Source: an uncultured Caproiciproducens sp.
GTDB lineage: Bacteria; Bacillota; Clostridia; Oscillospirales; Acutalibacteraceae
Direction of reading: 5' to 3'
Length of the DNA: 64,000 nucleotides
Assembly: GCA_964517505.1 (NCBI GenBank)
Contig: CAZFED010000004.1
Coordinates: 238,369-302,368, forward strand
Below the pieces are notes generated by a model. The model saw nothing but the letters and a program-made list of their open reading frames with translations, did not search any database and was not told the origin of the DNA. Within the stretch, counting starts at the first letter, position 1, and every line of letters starts with the position of its first letter. Shown in pieces: positions 60,027 through 64,000 of this stretch. The position numbers and the translations under genes are program-made.

Positions 60027-62510
60027 TTATTCTGCTTCTCTTAATCGTTCAACGATAGTTTGATTATTAAGCCCGATATATGCAACATACGGAACGCATA
60101 TTGATACTAAAATCAAAATCGGCGATACAATAAAAATTGGACGTATTATAAACTTATAACTGTAAAACCACATACTGCTTGCAATAGGCTTGACAACAAT
60201 GAATGATACCAAACTGCCAAGAATTATGGAGCAAACTATTGTTGCCAAAGCATAAAAAACCCCCTCGAATATCAACATCGTTTTAAGCTGTTTGTTGGTC
60301 ATACCGATGCTTTGCAGCATTGCAAATTCTCTTCGTCTTGAGATAATGCTTGTAAGCATCGCATTTATAAAGTTAAGTATGCCGATTATTCCTATAATAA
60401 AGCTGAGAATTCCGCCTACTAATATGAACATATTTTGAGTGCTTTTTAACCGATTTTCATATTTTCGCTTTGATTCAAAGTCCATTTTCGGCTCAATGTT
60501 TTTTGTGTAATCCTGTAAGAATTTTTCCGTGCGGTCTATATATTCATCGCTAACATTAAACAAACAGCACATTGTCAAAGGATTTTTGATTTGACTCTTA
60601 AACTCACCCGCAGGAAGATACATTATAGGGCAGCTTGCCAGCGAATACCGAACTGTCATATTATATTTGATTTCTGCCTTTGCCAGAATCTCATATTCTT
60701 TGGACACGCTGTTTTCATAAGTCACAATAAATTTATCACCTATTTTATATTTGATTCCTTTATAATTGTTGCTGCCATTATCATTTGAATAGACACCCTC
60801 AATCATATAGTTGCCTGTTTTTAGCTTTTCTAAGTCCATATCTCCCTCAATTATATTTAACTGTGACAAAGGGAAATCTTCCAGCCCATATAACTGTATC
60901 TCTGCTTCTTGACCATTAACCCTTGTACTGCTATGTTTCAGGTTGTAATAAATTCTTCCGCAGTTTTCAATCCCGTCAAGCCCAGCGATACGATTAACCA
61001 TCTTTTCCGATATAACATCTTCCTCCGACCGGAAAGAATTAATCGCACTAAAATAATTTGCATTGCCTGCGATAAAATCCGTTATTACATTTTGATTAAA
61101 ATATTTATCCATATCAAATCCATTGGTAAATGTAAACACAGAGTTAAGAAGTATTAAACTCAGTGACATCGATATGACTACCACAGCCGTCTTTTTCTTA
61201 TTACTTAAAATATTGTATAAAGCCATATTATGTACTTTGCCGCCACTTAAAGAAATTTTCTTTGTTTTGCTTTTAGCAGGCACATCAACATACCTTGTTG
61301 CCTGTACAGGAGAAACCTTTGCTGCGATTTTCCCAGGCTTTCTGCAACTGATGAATACAGTTATAACCGAAAAAATGGATGCGCCAATAAAGATGAAGGG
61401 GCTAAAAGATATATGGATTGTTGTAATATTGGTTGTATTTACAATAATCGGTAAAATTACATTGCCAATTAAGTAACCAATAATAAGGCCAATTGGTATT
61501 CCGACAGCGGACAAAAAAAGCGCCTGCTTTTTTATAATCATTTTAATTTGTTTTGAAGTCATTCCAATCGTTTTAAGCAAGCCATAATATTGAATATCCT
61601 TTATTACCGATATTTGAAATATATTGTAGATAATCAAATACCCCGTAAAGATGATTAGCAATCCCGCTCCCAAAATACTAACGACCGTTTTAAAATCAAT
61701 TCCAAAATTGTTTAACCCATACGCCCAGTTTGCACTGGCTGAAATATAATTCGGTGCTTTTGAATCATTGGTGTAGCCTTTATCTTTCAACACTGTTTCA
61801 ATATTCTGTTGAATGTTCAAGCTGTTTTTGAACATTACATCCATGGAGAACCGGCCTGTTCCGACTCCATTTTCATCCAATTCATCAAGGTTCACCCCTG
61901 CAAGGCTTTTATCAATAAATTTGCGGGATACAAACAGCATACTTGTACGAGAAGCCTCGTTGCTTTCCCAAAAGCCGCATAAAACAAATTCCGCCGTTCG
62001 CTTGTCTTTGCCCGCGCTGTACTCTATACTGATTTTTTTGCCTATTTCGTGCGGCACGCCTAATAGATCAAGAACCATTGTATCAGTTGCGATTTCATTT
62101 TCTTTTAGTGGCATCCTGCCAATTGTCGGAGCGCAAAAAATCATTTTTGCCTGCGTATCGGTAGCATATCTGATTGCAGCTTGGCGCTTTAAAATCTCTT
62201 TGTTTTCCCCCATACTTAACGTAATCGAATAACCCGATTCCTCTATAAGAGGGTGGTCTTTAATCCTATTAAACTCTTCCTCTGTAAGATTTTCAAAGGT
62301 ACCATGAGCATATCCGCCCGCCATCTTTAGAGATTGCTGCTGAACTGACTTTGCCACACCCATTCCAACCGTTAACAGGGATGTAAATAGAATCGTTGTT
62401 AACGCGATTGCAACAATTGCAAACAAATTTCTTAACTTATTTGCCTTTATATTTTTTCTTGTCAGTTTATTGATAATTGCTTTATTATTATTTGCAAATA
62501 TCATACACAT
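60027..62510 (-). CDS. ABC transporter permease with two FtsX domains and two large extracytoplasmic loops (MacB/BceB-like)
   Basis: 827 aa. TM1, an approximately 240-aa loop and a 3-TM FtsX block are present twice. Overlaps the upstream ATPase gene. Confidence 0.75.
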   Translation of the reverse strand: MCMIFANNNKAIINKLTRKNIKANKLRNLFAIVAIALTTILFTSLLTVGMGVAKSVQQQSLKMAGGYAHGTFENLTEEEFNRIKDHPLIEESGYSITLSMGENKEILKRQAAIRYATDTQAKMIFCAPTIGRMPLKENEIATDTMVLDLLGVPHEIGKKISIEYSAGKDKRTAEFVLCGFWESNEASRTSMLFVSRKFIDKSLAGVNLDELDENGVGTGRFSMDVMFKNSLNIQQNIETVLKDKGYTNDSKAPNYISASANWAYGLNNFGIDFKTVVSILGAGLLIIFTGYLIIYNIFQISVIKDIQYYGLLKTIGMTSKQIKMIIKKQALFLSAVGIPIGLIIGYLIGNVILPIIVNTTNITTIHISFSPFIFIGASIFSVITVFISCRKPGKIAAKVSPVQATRYVDVPAKSKTKKISLSGGKVHNMALYNILSNKKKTAVVVISMSLSLILLNSVFTFTNGFDMDKYFNQNVITDFIAGNANYFSAINSFRSEEDVISEKMVNRIAGLDGIENCGRIYYNLKHSSTRVNGQEAEIQLYGLEDFPLSQLNIIEGDMDLEKLKTGNYMIEGVYSNDNGSNNYKGIKYKIGDKFIVTYENSVSKEYEILAKAEIKYNMTVRYSLASCPIMYLPAGEFKSQIKNPLTMCCLFNVSDEYIDRTEKFLQDYTKNIEPKMDFESKRKYENRLKSTQNMFILVGGILSFIIGIIGILNFINAMLTSIISRRREFAMLQSIGMTNKQLKTMLIFEGVFYALATIVCSIILGSLVSFIVVKPIASSMWFYSYKFIIRPIFIVSPILILVSICVPYVAYIGLNNQTIVERLREAE

Positions 62511-63187
62511 GCACTCCTAACAATCTTACCGTCTTCAATACGAATCGTCCGATCGGCAAGCTGTGCAATTTCCTCGTTATGGGTTATCATAACAATTGTT
62601 TGATTAAATTTTCGGTTTGTCATTTTCAAAAGTCCGATAACGTCCATGCTTGTTCTACTGTCAAGGTTCCCTGTGGGTTCGTCTGCAAGTATAATAGCGG
62701 GTTTTGCAGCTAATGCTCGGGCAATGGCTACACGCTGCTGCTGCCCCCCGGAAAGGTTGTTTGGCATATCGTTGAGCTTGCTTTCAATTCCTAAGGTTTT
62801 TATAATACTATTTAAAAAGCTTTTATCGACCACTGAGCCATCCAGTTCTATTGGCAAAGTTATATTTTCATACACATTTAATACCGGTACAAGATTGTAG
62901 TTTTGAAAGACAAACCCTATATTTCTGCGTCTGAATATCGTCAACTCATCGTCGCTCATTGAAAATATATCCTTGTCACCCACCAGTACACTGCCGCTTG
63001 TTGCGCGATCGAGACCCCCGAGCATATGTAAAAGTGTGCTTTTGCCACTTCCGGATGTCCCAACAATGGCAACGAACTCGCCTTCATTTATCTCAACCTC
63101 TACACCATCAAGGGCTTTAACGATGTTAGGCTCTTGTCCGTAATATTTTTTAAGTTCTGCTGTTTTTAATATCCTCATAAAAACCAT
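62501..63187 (-). CDS. ABC transporter ATP-binding protein (BceA/MacB-type); start revised to the internal Met
   Basis: Walker A 'GTSGSGKST'. Signature 'LSGGQQQRV'. Walker B '[11 protein letters not shown]'. The ORF-track start at 63271 would overlap the DUF523 gene and encode a Cys-rich non-conserved leader that spans a hairpin. Confidence 0.7.
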   Translation of the reverse strand: MVFMRILKTAELKKYYGQEPNIVKALDGVEVEINEGEFVAIVGTSGSGKSTLLHMLGGLDRATSGSVLVGDKDIFSMSDDELTIFRRRNIGFVFQNYNLVPVLNVYENITLPIELDGSVVDKSFLNSIIKTLGIESKLNDMPNNLSGGQQQRVAIARALAAKPAIILADEPTGNLDSRTSMDVIGLLKMTNRKFNQTIVMITHNEEIAQLADRTIRIEDGKIVRSACV

Positions 63188-63257
63188 CCCTATATAAAAA
63201 TTCAGATTGCAGTTTACACTACAGTCTGAATTATAAATTATATTTCTTACAATCTCG

Positions 63258-63686
63258 TTACAATAACTCACTTAAATCGTTTTCGTTTACTACTTTGATT
63301 CCTTCTCTTTGTAGTTTTTCTGCTGTTATTCCATTACCACTTATTAAGTTACCAGAAAAAGTTCCGTCATAAATAGAGCCGCAACCGCAGGAGGGGCTTC
63401 TGCTTTTTAATACTGCATACGTACAGTTTAACATTTTTGCAAGTTTAAGCACTTCGTCTGCGCCTTTTTCAAACTGCATGGTGACGTCTTCCCCTTTGCT
63501 GTTAATGACTCTTCCGTCTGCAAGTTCTGCAGGCAGTCTCGGAGTGGACAATCCGCCCAGTTGTTCCGGGCATATGGGTATGAGATGGTATTTCTGATTC
63601 AGCATCACGACTTGCTCATTATAACATCCTGTCCCACAATATCTGCAATTCAAACCAAGTAAGCAAGAACTGATTAATATATTCAT
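63258..63686 (-). CDS. DUF523-family protein (TudS-like [4Fe-4S] thiouracil desulfidase family)
   Basis: 142 aa. Cys ligand pattern 'SSCLLGLNCRYCG' and the 'CGCG' block typical of DUF523. Confidence 0.55.
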   Translation of the reverse strand: MNILISSCLLGLNCRYCGTGCYNEQVVMLNQKYHLIPICPEQLGGLSTPRLPAELADGRVINSKGEDVTMQFEKGADEVLKLAKMLNCTYAVLKSRSPSCGCGSIYDGTFSGNLISGNGITAEKLQREGIKVVNENDLSELL

Positions 63687-64000
63687 TTTTAAATCTCCTG
63701 TTTGCTAGATAAAGTATTTGAGTCGATAAAATCATGTTAACAATGATAAATTGCTTTGTCAAGACTATCCCATATTGTTAATCCAATAACTGAGGCTCTA
63801 GAATAAATGTTGAGGTACGACAAAAAAAGCTTGAATAGAAAAAGAGCATATCTGGCAATAACCTTTAAAATGGCACTGTTTAAAACCATTTTAGGCGGCC
63901 GCCGATATGCTCTTAACTTTTTTATTAATTGATTGACCTATCCGGCATCGCTATTCACCACATCAATGCCGCGTGGTGCGACCGGGGTAGAAAAAACGAT

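Noticed and set aside
63188-63271. Long N-terminal extension of the BceA-like ATPase (MSYCNEIVRNIIYNSDCSVNCNLNFYIG...)
   Set aside because: It overlaps the DUF523 gene and spans a strong hairpin. Canonical ABC ATPase N-termini begin near '[14 protein letters not shown]'.
1-64000. CRISPR arrays, integrase, transposase or phage genes that would mark an active mobile element
   Set aside because: No regularly spaced direct repeats and no recombinase or transposase motifs are seen in any frame. The tRNA-linked scars are the only mobility signatures.

Overview
This 64-kb window looks like chromosomal DNA from a low-GC, AT-rich-intergenic Firmicutes/Clostridia-type genome. Between roughly 7 kb and 49.7 kb almost every gene is on the minus strand.

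Contents from left to right:
(1) A glycoside-utilisation locus at 7-6905: a BadF-type sugar kinase, a three-gene sugar ABC importer, a divergent LacI regulator and a GH4 6-phospho-glycosidase. One operator-like 16-mer occurs three times in it.
(2) A complete kdpFABC-kdpDE potassium-uptake locus. The 29-codon kdpF is missing from the ORF track.
(3) An approximately 18-kb amino-sugar/glycan utilisation block at 15.3-33.3 kb. It carries an SGNH esterase, NanE, a DUF4127 protein, a ROK kinase, an RpiR regulator, a GH20-like hydrolase, three tandem paralogous lipoproteins of unknown family, a double GNAT, a TIM-barrel hydrolase-like protein, a sugar ABC importer and an MBL-fold hydrolase. It is bracketed on the right by an intact tRNA-Lys(TTT) and on the left by a degenerate 50-nt copy of that tRNA's 3' half. 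That arrangement is a classic integration scar, and a second 23-nt scar lies 152 bp from the tRNA.
(4) A tRNA cluster (Lys-Gln-His-Arg-Gly) with a recognisable sigma-A-type promoter.
(5) A housekeeping stretch: clpE, pgsA, cvpA, truA, ecfTA2A1, a SAM-dependent methyltransferase, glmM, ruvBAC, a ThrE-family exporter pair and an Fe-alcohol dehydrogenase.
(6) The most unusual part, 49.9-53.1 kb: a translationally coupled pair with no signal peptides (a 13-Cys small protein and a protein with Cna-B/prealbumin-like repeats, sharing a C-terminal motif), a divergent putative glycosyltransferase, and a 164-aa beta-rich protein whose upstream region matches the sigma-K mother-cell promoter consensus. 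I read this as a candidate undescribed spore-surface (coat/exosporium/appendage) module.
(7) A divergent PAP2-family (DUF212) protein, a DedA/TVP38 protein and a flotillin-like SPFH protein.
(8) A Bce-like peptide-antibiotic sensing module: an ABC ATPase, a double-FtsX permease, an OmpR-type regulator and an intramembrane-sensing histidine kinase. An unusual orphan ModC-like TOBE-domain ATPase sits in the same apparent operon. A DUF523/TudS-like gene lies at the right edge.

No CRISPR array, integrase, transposase or phage structural gene is visible. All product calls are my own motif and family recognition; no database search could be run.
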